A DNA stretch of 64,000 nt from Felis catus (GCF_018350175.1 NC_058372.1:3720001-3784000), one strand, 5' to 3'. Shown: positions 36,610 to 50,756, counted from the first letter of the stretch. The notes: generated by a model not told the origin, from the sequence alone. Numbers and translations: made by a program.

Positions 36610-37070
36610 GGATGAGTACAGTCCGGTTAAGAAAGAGAAAGCACTCTAAGGATTTCATACAGATGGAATTTAATTGAGATAATTATATAAATGGGTGATG
36701 AAAGAGTTGAGAAACCAAAAGAGGGGTGGGGAGTAACCAAAAGATACGCGGCAGCAGGAAGTTGTGTGTCTCCCAGGGCTACTGGGACAAAGGGAGGAAG
36801 AGGTGTTAACTCCTATTAACTAGGAGCTGGTGCTGGAACCCCCCAGTGTAGCTGGAACAGCACAGGCTGGTAAGGCAGGAGCTCAGACCACCAAGTGAAG
36901 GCCCTCTGATGAGACAGAGCCATAGAGTACCAACTGGGGAGACCCTAGGAAGTGAAGAGGGAAGGGAGAAGTGCCCAGTCTCACCAACATGGCCTACCAG
37001 CGTCTCCATTGGTCAAAACTCCTGGAAACCAGAGAGCAAGGGAGCCTGGGAAATGTAGTTTCCAGGGACA
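36610..37070. mobile_element. ERVL/MaLR-type LTR (old)
   Basis: ...ccattggtcaaaactcctggaaaccagagagcaagggagcctgggaaatgtagtttcc; subfamily uncertain. Confidence 0.5.
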
Positions 37071-37237
37071 TTCAGAAATGTAAATACTTGGGCAATTTTT
37101 GATGCCTGAGCACATGACCCAACCTGCACCCAACCAGGCCTGTGTGTGTGAGAACTCAGAGATACTCTTCCATTTCTAAAGATACTGGATCAAGAAGACA
37201 GTTTCACCTTGTTTTAAACGGGTCGTGATATATTCCG

Positions 37238-37770
37238 TGTGGTGGGCATCCTCTAAGGTGACCCTGTGCCTCTGAGGGTTCACACTTTCGGGATATCCGT
37301 TTTCTGTGACTGTGCGCTGCGCTTGGGGACTTGCTAGGAACAAGTAGAATGCATCAGAAGCGATGGCGGGTCCCTTTTCACATTAGGTTCCCAAAGGTTG
37401 TGGCCCCTGTCTGGGGCCCTCACTTGCACCCTCTCTCATGCTCACTCCCTCGGAAGAAAGTCAAGCTGTAAGCTGTCTAGTTAGAAGGCCCACAAGACAA
37501 GAAACAACCAACGAGGACTTGAGTCCCTGAGTCTAACAGTCCTCGAGGGTCTGAATCCTGCCAACAGCCATGTACACGGGTTTGTGAGTGGATTGATCCC
37601 ACACTGGGCCTTCGCTACACACTGGGCCCCACTACAGCCATCGCTGTAGACCCACCACATCTTCAAAGCAGCCTGCGAGACAGCCAGAGGGCCCGGCACG
37701 GCCAAGTTCCGGTCCTGAAGTGGCCAAGTTTGGGGATAGTTGGTGACGTGGTGATAGAGAATGGATACAC
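37238..37770 (+). mobile_element. MLT1E-type LTR
   Basis: gtggtgggcatcctctaaggtgacc...gaatcctgccaacagccatgt...aagtttggggatagttggtgac. Confidence 0.72.
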
Positions 37771-38839
37771 CTAGAGATGAGCCAAGCTCATAGATAAGGG
37801 GAAAAGAAAGGAGGAGGGGGCATTGTTTTCAGTGTCTACTATGTGCCCAGTACATTATCCCCACTTAACCTTGACATTCATCCCCCGAGGCAGGTGATAG
37901 GACTGGTTCCATTTTCCAGACAAAGAAAAACTGAGGATAAAAAGGGGAAATGGTTTGCTCTCGGTCACATAGTGTTGCAAAGGAGGGGCTGACGTATGGC
38001 CAAACCTGTGTTTTTACTTCCATTATCCCACAGGGTCCCAGAAATCACAGTGTCCAGCCTTCACGGCTGCTGTCCGTCTCCTTTGGGTTGGGCACAAAGA
38101 AAAAGAACAAATTGTTCAATATCAGGTATCTTCTTGCTTCCTTAAAGTTGAACGTCTCTCTCAGAAGTTCTCTCTCTCAGAATGACAAAAATCACCAAAA
38201 AGTAACAAATGAGTAGGGCCTCATTTCTGGTGTTCCTTGCTTAAAGACTAAGCTACAAGAGGACATTACAAGATGGGAGTGGCGACCAAGTCAACTCAAA
38301 CGAACCTCCAAAGCGACAGGCAGTTCCTTGGGCCAGTAGACCCCGGGTGTCAGCGCGTAACGAAAAATGATGACACGGGCAAGTTCCCTATGCCTCTGTG
38401 TCCCTAGGACTCTGGGATCATAAGAGCACCTACCTCATAAACTCCTTATGAAGATAAAAGAAGGTAGCGCTCGGCACGCAGTGAATATTATAATCTACTT
38501 CCTGCAATGAGGCAGGAGCTACATCCGTCACAATCTAACGCTAATTTGGAGAGCGGTGAATTTGGGTAGAAGGGCAATTTGTCCGACTGAGGCCCAGCTT
38601 CTGAGCTACAGGTGAGATCCCGGCAGCGAGGTTCCTGATGATGGAGCCAGAGTACCGCTGTGCACCTGCTGTTCCGCCACAGGGACGCGGGCGCCCGAAG
38701 CCGAGCTGAGCCTGGGTCCCCCTGGAGCATCCATGGAGCGCGGTGGTGGCGGGTCTGCACGTATTTCAACACCGACCACCTAGTGTGAAAACAAGAAGTT
38801 AATTTCATGGGTTTTTGTAAATTTTTTTAGTTTCATTAA

Positions 38840-39040
38840 AAAATCTTTTAAGTGTATTTACTTATTTTGAGAGAGACAGAGCTGTGTGAGCAGGGGAAGG
38901 GGAGAGAGAGAGAGAGAGAAAGAAGTCCCAGGCAGGCTCAGAGCCCGACATGGGGCTTGAACTCGCAAAACCGTGAGATCATGACCTGAGCCGAAACCGA
39001 GAGTCAGACGCTTAACTGACTGAGCCATCCAGCTCCCCCC
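38840..39040 (-). mobile_element. Can-SINE
   Basis: Typical body ending cttaactgactgagccatccag. Confidence 0.88.
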
Positions 39041-39931
39041 ACAAGGATGCTTTCAAAAAGTGTTCCTTGAAAGATAGTTGGTACGTGGAGAGGAAAGAGA
39101 TTGTGGGCAGAGGAGGGACGGTAGAAAGGGGACCTACAGGAGATAAATGGGAAATTATAGAAACAGCAATTGGTTTCTAGCTTTCACGAAGGACATGGGA
39201 GAAGACAGACACAAGGAGATTTCCATCATGATCAAAAAGTTAGATCTAGGTCCTTAGTGGAAGCTCCTTTCCACTCCTTTCCACTGACTTCAACCTCTGG
39301 AGGTCATGCGACTCGGACCAGGCCTTCCTATTTGGGGCCTCCGGTGGTCTTGGCTGTGGCCCCTGGAACTAGGTGGGGGGGCAGAAGTCTGCCAGGGCAC
39401 TGGCTGTTCTCATGCCACGCTCAGGGCTCATCTCTGAGGAAGGAGGGGCACATCCTGGTGCCCACAGGGGCAGTGCTCCCCAAGGGCACCCACTGCCTGT
39501 GCTGTTCCCTCAGTAGAAAAAACACGAAAGCAGACTTGAATAGGGAAAAGAAACATTTTCTGTGTGGGCGTCAGCTGCAAACGCCAGCCTCCCAGCACTT
39601 GGGAACATTGGCTGATCTTCCCACGGGGAAAGAAGCAGCCATTGTTCTCAGTTTATCACCAGGCAACCCCGAGGAAGTCCCTGGGGTCACTGCTTAAACA
39701 GCCCTGCTGTGCCCTAGTGGTGCCTTGCTCGGGGCATTCGGAGCCCGCTGTGCTCACAGCCCTCACTCCCAGCATCACCACCTGCCAGGCCATGGCCACT
39801 CTCCCCCTCTGGAATTAGGAGAATGATCAGGGAGCAAAAGCCATGAAGGAAGTTAGGGTTGGGGCAGGTGAGTATCTGTCTGGCTGAAGAGTGTGCTAGG
39901 TGTCCTCCTACAATCTGGAAAGTAGGCATGA

Positions 39932-40001
39932 AAACAATACGAAATATACATGGGAGGTACAGATGGGAAACAATACGAAAATATACATGGGAGGTACAGA
40001 T
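39932..40001. repeat. Two-copy 36-37 bp tandem duplication
   Basis: aaacaatacgaaa(a)tatacatgggaggtacagat twice, separated by ggg. Confidence 0.9.
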
Positions 40002-40029
40002 TATAGGGATTTATTTATCATTGAAAACC

Positions 40030-40220
40030 AATTTTTTAATGTTTATTTTTGAGAGAGAAAGAGAGAGTGTGAGCAGGGGAGGGGCAGAGAGAGGGAGCGA
40101 GACAGAAGCCGAAGCAGGCTCCGAGCTGCCATCACAGAGCCCAACAGGGAGCTCAAACTCCTGAACCGCGAGATCATGAGCTGAGCCTACGTCAGACGCT
40201 TAGCCAACTGAACCACTCGG
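40030..40220 (-). mobile_element. Can-SINE followed by poly(G)
   Basis: Typical body. Confidence 0.87.
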
Positions 40221-41359
40221 GGGGGGGGGGGGGGGCAGGAGTGTGGGATTTAAATTAGCCCAGAAGCATGGGAAGTGAGACGGGATCTTTCCGGGTAGGA
40301 AAATAGTGTGAGCAAACGTGTGTGTCCTCACCAGGGAGGAGCGACGGTTGTTCAAGGCGGCGGTGTGCTGCTCACTGTTTAACAACTGGCTCTCCAGGAG
40401 AGAACCAAACACCCTGATGTGTAGCATTTACTAATCCCCATTAGTAACTACTGGTACCGTAAGCAGCAACGGTTTTAAGGCTACCAGCCCTCCACTGAAC
40501 ACAGAGTAGCAAGAGAGGAAGGAAAGATCCAAAATGGCACGTAAATTGTCCACTGGAGGCGTGAGACAGTCAAGACGTCAAGGGCAGAAATATACCTCAG
40601 GGTGTGGACGTGTACAAACCACTGATCTCTTTGGCAACCGTGCACAAGGCCAACTGATTCAGGGCCCTGGTCTCTTCACTCACCACCTGCAGGGACTGAG
40701 CCAAAGGAAACAGAAGCTTCCTTCTGTGCTCTACGCTCACTTATTCTGTCCTCCCCCAGGGCCCATCTACCCAGGACCCTTCTTTTTAATAGCCGTCTGC
40801 ATTTTTCTTTCTTGTGTCAAGGCTGCTCAGATCCCCGGTCGGGGTGAATTCTCCACGTCCAGGGAGCGAACCGAGCCCAAAGTGGAGGGGGCAGCGTATG
40901 GGGCATCCGTGCCTTGACATCCTCTGCTCTTGGAAAGACAGCTCAGCTGTGTTCGAAAGGCCCACCCGTTCCACTGGGGCTGCTGCTCCCGTACCTGGAA
41001 GAGACTTGGGGGGAGGTGAGTGGCGGCATTCGCTGCCATTTCAGCGGCGAATGTCTGCTGGGCCCTCTCTTCTAGAAGCTTCCTCCTGCCATGGGCCTAG
41101 TTGCCACCAGCAGCAGGTAGTATTCCAGCTTAGCATAAGCCCGGCTACTTCTGTCTCTACAGGCGAAGCCAGCAGATCCCCGAGGGGGATCCCAATACCC
41201 TCTCCTGCTTTTGCTTTTCCATATTTGGAAACAGACAGATGAATCGATAGACGATAGATAGATAGACTGGGATGGATCTCTGTCCGCATCGTTTCGCGCA
41301 TGTTTATATTAAGCTTCACGAGCAACACTGTGCTTCCTCAGGTACCATCCCATTGGATT

Positions 41360-41500
41360 GGTTCTCAAAACTCTGGGAGGCGCTGTCCCATTTTACAGAT
41401 GGCAAGTCTGATCTTCAGGGATGGCAGGTGACTTACCCCCACTCAGACACGTGGTAAGGGGCGGAGCAGAGCTAGGACACAAACCCCAGCAGTTAACTCC
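41360..41500 (-). mobile_element. MIR
   Basis: cccattttacagatggcaagtctga...ggtgacttaccccc...gagctaggacacaaacccc. Confidence 0.7.
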
Positions 41501-42119
41501 AGGTTCCCATGCCTTCCCGGAAGGTCTCACTGCGTGTCTGCTGTGCAACTACATGTATTTGTGTGTGTGTGCCCGTGCACAAGCCACTTTGTATAGACTG
41601 GGTACATCGATGCCCCCTTCCCACACCTGCCTGCCTGATGGATTCGCCAGCTGTTTCTGGACTGACCAGTGTATGCCAGGCAACGTCAGTCCCCAGGCTC
41701 ACAGCGGGCAGTGCAACAATGGCCCAGAGGGTCCCCCAGCCCCCGACACACACAGACTTTACAGCTTAGCGGAGACATTCTTAAAACGTGACCTTAAAAA
41801 CAAACAAAAAACCCCAAACAGATAGACAAAAGCTGACCTTGGTTGAAGGAAAAAAAGCAATAGGGAGAAGGGCCGGGGGAAATTGGGAGAGGGTATTTTC
41901 TGACTCCGGTGGGCAGGACAGGGCCATGTCACCCGGGAGATGTCTCAAGCAGGTAATTGAGAGCCGGCCTTCCTGCCTCCCTGCACCACCTCATGCCCCC
42001 GCAGCAGGCTGGACTTTGGAGACTGTTCCTATTACAACGTATCGTCTCTAACTCTCGCAAGCGAAATGGTGTTGAAAGTTACACGATCTTATCCGTGTTG
42101 TTCTTTTGAGCTTCAAACA

Positions 42120-42295
42120 ATTCACACGGTCCTCTTTCATTCTTACAGTCACGTAAGGGAGGCATTACCTCCATTGTACAGATGAAGAAAGTGAGGTTCC
42201 AAATTGCTACCTCGGCTAGGGCCATAGCGTTTCTAAGGCAAAGAACCTTGAGTCTCTCACCCAAGAGTGACGCGTTGCTGTTCACTTTCCACAAC
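42120..42295 (-). mobile_element. MIR
   Basis: attacctccattgtacagatgaagaaagtgaggttcc. Confidence 0.7.
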
Positions 42296-43138
42296 CCCAG
42301 CAGAACGGGAGGACTGTCAATCGGACGTGCTGTGAATCCGGGTTTATCATCTCGTTTTATATGCCCCCCGATAGCGGACGGGTTCCGTGCACTAAGATGT
42401 AGGGACACAGTGCAATCCCACAGGATGGTGTACAGAAAGCTCCCTGTTGTCACATCTGGAAAGTTCTCCGAAATACACTGTTGTAGTAAAAGAGTAAGGG
42501 CAGAACAGTGTATACAGTTGGCTGTCTTTCATCAGTGAAGGCGGGAGGGGGTGGCTTGACTCACATCTGCGTGAGTTAACAGTGCGTAGGTATACAAGGG
42601 AATTAATGGTTACCTCGTAGAGTAATCCAGTGGAGGGGTGGATTCTCAACACATACCTTGCTAGTTTGATTTGTTTGAACCCTCTGAATCTATGACTAAT
42701 TCAAACCATTAGACATATTTCCTACGAGAGAGAGCTTCTCTTCGATAATATTTTCCCGCCTTTGCTCTCCTCCCCAAGCTGTACGTGTACACACAAAGAA
42801 GTAAACCCGGAATAAGTTTTCAGGAGGAAAAAAATGGCAGGTGCAGAATCAATCAGTCATGACTGACCATGGCCCCCCATCTATCCATTTATTTCTGAGA
42901 ACCGATGACTTTCACAGACACTTTCTGGACCCAGACATCTCTGTAGTGAGAAGCTTTGGAAACCGAAGGAAAGATCTGATACCGAAGTAAAGGCCGTTAG
43001 GAACTTCTTCCTCGGCCTTTCTCAACACAGGCAGAAAGACCCACAGGCTCATCTCTGGTGTCAGACCTTCTCAGTTGCTCGTATAGAAACTCCCCACGGT
43101 CAAGAGGACCCAGGCTCCCAGGGAAGATGCTCTCATTT

Positions 43139-43353
43139 GTTTTTTAATGTTTATTTATTTTGAGAGAGAGAGAAAGAGAGAGAGAGAGAGAACAGGGGAA
43201 GGGCAGAGAGAGAGGGATACACGGAATCCAAAGCAGGCTCCAGGCTCTGAGCCGTCAGCCCAGAGCCCGACGCGTGGCTCGAACCCTCAAACCGTGAGAC
43301 CGTGACCTGAGCCGAAGTCGGACGCTCAACCCACTGAGCCACGCAGGTACCCT
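43139..43353 (-). mobile_element. SINEC_Fc-type SINE with 17-bp TSD
   Basis: TSD ggaagatgctctcattt at 43122-43138 and 43354-43370. Confidence 0.95.
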
Positions 43354-43381
43354 GGAAGATGCTCTCATTTTGTTCTTCGGG

Positions 43382-43573
43382 CAGCGTTGCCAGATTTGGC
43401 GCATAGGAATGCAAGATGCCCGGTGAAATCTGAATTTCAGATAAATAACAATTTTATCTTAGCGTCGTACATTTTGTGCAATAGTTTAAAGCATATTGAG
43501 TCTTCAACAACTATTTGTTGCTTAGCTGACATTCACATGTAACTGAGCATCCTGTATTTGGTCTGGTGACCAT
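43382..43573. mobile_element. MER53 palindromic MITE
   Basis: cagcgttgccagatt...aaatctgaatttcagataaa...tttgttgcttagctgacattcacatgtaactgagcatcctgtatt..tctggtgaccata; about 192 bp with the MER53 inverted-repeat layout. Confidence 0.8.
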
Positions 43574-43639
43574 ACGTTACATACTCAGATGCCACCTGGA
43601 GGGCATCGAGTAAGTGCCCGTGAACAATTAGAAGGACAA

Positions 43640-43857
43640 GGAGTGCCTACCAATAGAACTTCCTGGGATGACCGAGGTGCTCTGTATCTTTCTATCCAAG
43701 ACCGTAGCCACCAGCAACTTGAAATGTAGCTAGTGCAACTGAAGCCTGAGTTTTCAATTTAGTTTCACTTAATTCTTTAATTTAATTATGTTATATTTAA
43801 GCTGAAAACGTCACATGTGGCCAGTGGCTACTGTGTTGGGGACACAGCAGCTGTAGA
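43640..43857. mobile_element. MER3 (hAT-Charlie)
   Basis: ccaatagaacttcctgggatga...cacatgtggccagtggctactgtgttggg..cagcagctgtag. Confidence 0.85.
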
Positions 43858-45268
43858 ACCGTCATGGATCTCCCTCCAAAGTGAGTAACTGGGATTTAAG
43901 CCTGGGTGGAGGCTAAAACGGTACATACCCCAGGGATAAACCCTCAAGGCCCTGCGGCTTGGTGACTATTCCATTTCTGGGCACATCTAAGGTTTGTGGT
44001 CAGCACGTTCATTCGGAGTATTTACTGAAACTCCACCATGTGGGGAGAATGTAAAGTGCCAGGGTATAGACACGGGGGGGATAGAATCTTCCACAAACAG
44101 CCTGGAGAGGAGCGTGTTAACTGGATAATCCGCGCGTTGGAATGTAGGAGCCAGGAGCTGCCCTTCTGTGCAGAGCAGACACTGTGAGTGGATGAAAAAG
44201 CATTGACTTTGTCACACGCACCAGCTGCGTGACTCTTTTCTTTCCAGGATTCCAAGCGAACCCTTAGTAACCACAGACCCAGTAGCACATTAAAGAGGAT
44301 TCTTTTATGCGGGGGTATCAGCCGGCAGAGAAGAGGCCCTTAAAACAATGAAGGGCTTCCTGAGGGTTATCATGAAGACATTAAGTCTGGGGAGGTTAGT
44401 GCACAAAGCCGAAAAGGGGGAGCGTGGCAGGCAAGCGGGGCTCGCTTCCCGATCTCGCTGCACACCTGCTAACGGGGCGAGCTGTGGGTGACGGTTACTG
44501 GACAGACCCCTCTCCGCAGACGTGCAGACAACCACGTGCGGGGCTCAGAGAGGGCTTTCTGGGCTACGCCATCCCCTCCCTGCGCGTTCGGCGGAGTTGA
44601 GTGGCCGCCACTTCCCAGACACTCTGCTGGATGCAGGGAAGGCACAGTGAGAACGCAGAGAGGTCCCGATTTCATGGAGTGGAGGCTGGAATGGGGAGAC
44701 GCCAGAGCTGTGAGACCCAATAGGTAAAATCTGGGACTGTAGTTCAAAGAATCTACACAGGGTCACGGACAGAGAGTGACCTGCCGGAGCAGTGAGCAGA
44801 GGGGGCTCCTTTTTAACTTTACTCTTGATATTTGAAGTTACCATCTTAATACATGCCCATTTTAATACTTTACACTCAGATACTTGTAAAGGTGAAAAAC
44901 CTCTCTTCCTATAACCTTATATCATGGGGGCTTGTTTCTAGAAGGTAGATGTCCTCTTTTTTCAAGGGCCAACTTATTTTTTTTTTTTCCTGTTTGGTTT
45001 CCGTCTTTATTTATCTAGAACTGATTTGTTGTACACAAGGCCAAGGGTCTAATACTACATTTAAATAGATATTTCCAGGAGAATTTTTCAAAAGAGTATA
45101 GGCCGTGGCAATCCTTCCCCACCCTCAGTAGTCCTGTGTACTATTAGTTTCTGTGGGTGTCTCTCCATGGATAGGAAAAGGCATCCCGTTATTACTGGTA
45201 TATACAAAGCTTAACTACTAGAAAGGTTAACTTTTTTACCCCTGATATGCATTGGCCACTTGAATTTA

Positions 45269-45495
45269 TTAAAAAAATTTTTTTTTATGTCTATTTATTT
45301 TGTTTTTGAGAGAGAGAAAAAGAGACAGACCGAGCGGGGGAGGGGCAGAGAGAGAGGGAGACACAGAATCCGAAGCAGGCTCCAGGCTCCGAGCTGTCAG
45401 CACAGAGCCCGACGCGGGGCTCGAACTCAAGAACCGTGAGATGGTGACCTGAGCCGCCGTTGGACGCTTAACCGACTAAGCCACCCAGGCGCCCC
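45269..45495 (-). mobile_element. SINEC_Fc with 16-bp TSD
   Basis: TSD tggccacttgaattta at 45253-45268 and 45496-45511. Confidence 0.96.
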
Positions 45496-45769
45496 TGGCC
45501 ACTTGAATTTAATAAAAGATACAAAATATCCTGGTTAGTCATTTTCTTCTATTATATTGTCTTAAATCTCCTTCTGGCCTATGTAGTTTATGTCCTGTCT
45601 TCTACGGCTTTGTTTCCTGCCTTGCTTAACAATAACACCTGACCCTCAGTGTTCGCGCGCACACGCACACGCACACGCACGCACACTCCCACGCACACAC
45701 ACCCCTGAGGTTAAGATGTTTCCTAAAATGTCATCCAGTATTTGTATTTTGTATCCAGATCTTTGATCT

Positions 45770-46400
45770 GTCTGGGTAGGTCTGTCAGAACAGGACTGTC
45801 TGAAGGAAAGCAGAGTCCTGAAGGGTGAGAGAGAGCTTTCCAGAAGACAAGTCAGGGAACAGGTATTTCGGAGAAAAAGAGCAACAGTGAAAATGTCTTG
45901 AAGCAGGAAAGAGCTTGGCAGGTGGAAAGAGACCAGTGCGGCTGGAACAGAAAGGTGGAGATAAGTCCGAGAGAAGGCCAGAGGCCAGAGGCCTGAGGTG
46001 GTCATGGATGGCCCCTCAGGTCATGGCAAGGAGCGTAGAGAATACAGGAAGACACGTGTTGGGGGTATAGGTGACATGACTTATGGATAGTTTGGATTTG
46101 TGGAAAGGAAGGGAAGCGAGGAAGGCTCACCCCCTAAAGTTTTGGCTTGAGCCAATGAATTTAGGGTAGTGTCACTTCCTGAGTGGGAAGGAATAGAGGG
46201 AGTAACAGGCTTACAACGTCAACTCCTGTGTCTTAGGTGGATTCGGGCTGAAAAGAGAGTTGCACGTGAAGGAGTTGGGGAGAAACGTGCATACACGCAT
46301 TTGCACTTCACAGCGGAGGTCAGGGCTGGAGACGTAAAATTGGAAGTTTATCGCGCATAAGACAGCCTCGGAAACTGCAGAAGTGATGGAACATCAGGGA
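45770..46400 (-). mobile_element. L2
   Basis: Purine-rich reverse L2 motifs (aaagttttggcttgagccaatg...ggaggtcagggctggagacgtaaaattggaagt). Confidence 0.7.
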
Positions 46401-49400
46401 CATCGGGGAAAGACCGGGAACAAGTACCAAGCGTCAAGGTTCTGAACTTTAGAGCACGTGGTATAGTCTGACCGTGTTGGGATCCATCTTTAACGCAAAG
46501 ACAATTTGTTGTAGTGCAAAGTCAAGTCCTGTACTTTCGGTTCTGGGTATCACACCGCCTGGTGTCCCCGAGAGTGAGGAAAGTGGGAAAGGGTTAAGCT
46601 CCACCTGGCAGACAAACCACATGTGACAAAGAGTCTGAGGCTTAGCACACTCACTTCTTTGGGAAACAGCCTCAACTGTAATGACGCGCGTTAGTCCTAA
46701 GCCCGGAGACGGTTCCATCCCCTTGCCCCGGCTGCCACACAGGGAAACTACTGCAGTGTAATCAAGTCCCATGAAGTTCGGATATTTTTTAAGATGCCCA
46801 CCCTCACTCCATGCCTGTGACTTCACTTTATTTTCCAGTCCGCACTTCTTAGTCTCGATTTCAGTATGCATGGGGGAGTCCTCAGTTAAATTCCTAGCGT
46901 CTTCTAATAATATACACGCATATTTAACAGGAATAGTTACATTGGTAATTATAACTTAGGATCGACAGATGACAAACCCGTAGGTGGTAATGTAATTGAC
47001 CTTAATATACGATCTTTTCATAATTATAAAATGTATCGTGCTTGTAAAAAAAAAAAACTAGTAAGTGACTGTATAATGGACGGAATAAAGGAAAGCTGCA
47101 TAGGTGGTTTCAAAATGTCAAAAGGGGTTTTCTAGTTGGTGATGCTGCATCATCCTGGTCTGCATTGTTGGGGATGCCCTAAATAACCAAATAATGATTC
47201 AGCTTAGCCTCACATCTCAGTAAATCCCTGAGATCAACTTTTTGTCCCTGGTGTCCAGGTGCCTCCAGTAATTGGAAGGCCTGGGTTTATCATTCTCATC
47301 AACTTGCCCCAACTGAAATGGTCCTCCCCAGGACCCTTGAGGCACGGTGGATGGAGACCTGCTCGATGGCTGGAAACCAACTGAAGCTACTGAGAATTTA
47401 TTGCTCACTGGAGAATTTTCCAAAGGAGTAGCTAGGGCTTTTGGATATAAACAGCGACGTTTCAAAGAGGAAGGAAAAGAAGTATGCTGAAGAGGGGGAG
47501 CTAGGACACATCTCTAAGCAGTGTCCGCTGCTTGGGGAACGGCCTCTTGGCTGTCCTCTTAGGTAAGAGCTGGTCAGTTGGCACCTTCTATGCTTCTCTG
47601 AAGCTCCCCAAATAAGATGCCAATGCAAACTAGTTTTTCAGAAGGGATTTTCTACTGCAAAGAGAAGATGTTATTAGCAACCTGTTAGTCTCCTCTGGTG
47701 ATAAGCAGACCCTCTAGAACAAAGTGCTTCCTGATGGCCCAGCCACTGACTCAGCTCAACATTTACACACTGCCCAATTTTCAAGTGTTTATCTTATGCA
47801 AGGGTCTATGCTGACTGTTAATTTAACAAGATGGGGTCTTTGACTTTAAGGAGGTCTTGCTGAAGAGGAAACAAATAAAATTAACACAATGTATCCTTAA
47901 CCAAACAATACAGAGTTTTGTTACTGAAGCCCAGAGGGGAGAATTCAAAATCATATCTTCACTAACTCCTTCTTCATTCACAAGAAATTAGTGTATCAAG
48001 TCCTGTAACTCTTTACCGAACCACCTCCTGATTGTTCCCCTTGTTTCAAGTCTAGGGGCTTTTCCTCTGGGTTTGCAGTGCTAATACCATGGGTGACCTT
48101 CCTCCGTTTGTGTAGATTCCAGGGAGAACACCTCTCCTCTTTCCCTTAAATTCTTCACAGCTGAGGATACAACTGGTGACAGTCGGGTACATGGACAAAG
48201 TTAAGCCATTATGTATTGAGTTTTTACCGGTTTCATTATTCCGACAATCACCTATTAAGGGAGCTGTGCTTACAGCAGAACAGCCAGCAGTTAAAGTATT
48301 GGCTTCCTGACCTTGGGACTTAGACAAGGTCTAAGTCTATGTTCTGTTCCTGTTACCTAGGCTTTCAAGTCTGGAGAGCGATAGCACTTACCTGTAGATT
48401 GTTGGCTTAAATGAATTTTCTGGAAGCAGGTAGGACTACGCCTGACACAGTAAAGTGCTTAGTGTCAGCTGTTGCCCTTGAGTGCCTGTGTTCTAGTTTC
48501 AGAACCCACACTGCTGAGCCTACTTGTTTCACCACTAGGTGAGCGAAGGTGAACAGGAAGAAATGGAGGCAGGGGGGAATTGACCACGAAGCCCAAGGTC
48601 ACCCACCTGGTCAGTGCTGGAGCTGGGCTCAAAACCAACCTGGAAAGTTCATGAAGAGCATTGCTAGGCTCATATAAAGCAATTCGGACCTAAGGATCCA
48701 AGTTCTCCAGCATACAAGAAATTCTGGGTGCAAAGAACCTGGTCCTCTGGGCAGACCCCAGTCTGGACCGCTGCCAGGCTGGAACCTCCCCGTGTGCAGT
48801 CTCAGCCCGCCTACCCCTTAGAATCCTTACAAACTCAGAAAACTCTAACGTGTTAGAATCAAGGCGCTCACTTGTTCTGCCGCTTTGTCTTCACCAAACT
48901 CCCAGACACCCTAGCCCCTTTTTTCCAGGGTGAGTATCAGCCTGGGGGAGCGGGAGGCGGGACTCGGGGAAGGAGGGAGGTGGGTGGGAGTGGAGGAGGA
49001 GGAAGGCTGAGAGGGTGGAGGCTGCTTCCAGACCATTCCAGAAGCATCACCATTTAGAAAGTGGGAGGCATGTCCACGGGGAACCAGCTTCTGTTTAGAC
49101 GATCTCCCCTCCCCTCCCCGTGCATATTCCGATATGAATGCTCCCAACACTGCCACCTGAAATGCTTCAGTGGGAGCTCCAATAGCGTGTGCAAGAGGCT
49201 TTCTCCTTGGGCCGCCAGAGTCTCCGAGTGTAGGGGCGTGGGCAACCCGTGGCCCACTCACCCTTCCTGCCTAAGAACTTTCCAGAGCACTAACCCAGTC
49301 ACCCCAAAGAATCAGTTGGAGACTCAATCCTAGAAAATAAGATTGCAGGAAGTTTTGCACGGTCCCAGATTGCAGCTTTTGGTGTTGGGAGCAGCTAAAT

Positions 49401-50148
49401 GACTAGATCCTTAGTAGCAACTGCTTTGGAGAGGCCTGTGGCCCGATTCTACCTTTTTTTCAGGCTGCCTTAGGAATCTAGGCATTTGAGCCTCTTGAAA
49501 TAAAGTGTTAATTGCAGTTGGTTGAAAGTCCAGCACTGCTCTAGGTTAGGGGCTCTAAATGCATTGATTGGCAGAAAGGTCTAATGAAAACACCAATTTT
49601 CCACCAGTTTATGGATGACAAGACCGAGTACCAGGAGTTAGAAACTGGTTCCAAAGCCAATTGACTTGTAAACAGGAGAAGCCTCAATTCGAATGTGGAT
49701 TCAGTCAGTATTGTGAACTATCCTGTTCGGGGAAAGCCACTTTTCAGAGACCCTTTCCCATACTTGAAGTTTCAGATAATACTTTGAAAATTTACAGGAG
49801 CAGAGGCTAACTCCTTTATAGATTAGTTAAGACGGGTTGCTCGCAGCCCAAGACGAGGCACCTACGAGACTGGCAAGGGAGTTACCGTGTTACTCCGTTA
49901 AGTTTACCTTCAAGGACATCCGAGCAACTTCGCAAGACAGCTTAAGAAATAAATGCGGAGCTGCGCGGTTAGCCGAGTTTTAAGTTAGGCATTACTATCC
50001 GAGGTGCCTAGATTCGTGAAGTCAGGAAGTACAAGCAGTTGTCGGACACTCGATTTGCCGTTACCTAGAAAGACCGGGCCATTTTAACACCCGGACACTT
50101 TTTTTCAAAAGCCGAGGAACCGCACTATCCTGGCTTGGGCTAAAATCA

Positions 50149-50157
50149 ACTTACCTT
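50149..50157 (-). other. Consensus 5' splice donor AAG|GTAAGT downstream of the H2AC6 stem-loop
   Basis: Plus strand acttacctt; perfect U1 complement about 60 nt past the stem-loop. Confidence 0.65.
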
Positions 50158-50217
50158 TATCGACTTCCCCGCCTTAACCTAAAGAGTGGTATTAGCTCTT
50201 CCTTTGAAGTGGTGGGG

Positions 50218-50233
50218 GGCTCTGAAAAGAGCC
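50218..50233 (-). terminator. Histone stem-loop (H2AC6) with HDE AAAGGAAGAGCT just downstream
   Basis: Minus strand CCCAAA-GGCTCTTTTCAGAGCC-CCCCA. Confidence 0.97.
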
Positions 50234-50276
50234 TTTGGGTATGAGAGCGCTTCCGGGAACTCAGAGGACTGCCAGA

Positions 50277-50708
<432 letters not shown>

Positions 50709-50756
50709 TCACTTGCCAAAAGAGAGCAAGCCGGGAAGTAGGTAAAACATCGCTGC

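Noticed and set aside
39170-39697. 175-aa ORF, and similar ORFs at 23087-23563, 40814-41825 and 46449-46871
   Set aside because: No homology, codon pattern or splice context; consistent with chance ORFs in GC-richer or repeat-derived DNA
48945-49020. G-rich, G-quadruplex-prone tract (also poly-G/poly-C runs at 16015, 19425, 19860 and 40219)
   Set aside because: Low-complexity tracts are common and nothing else supports a function
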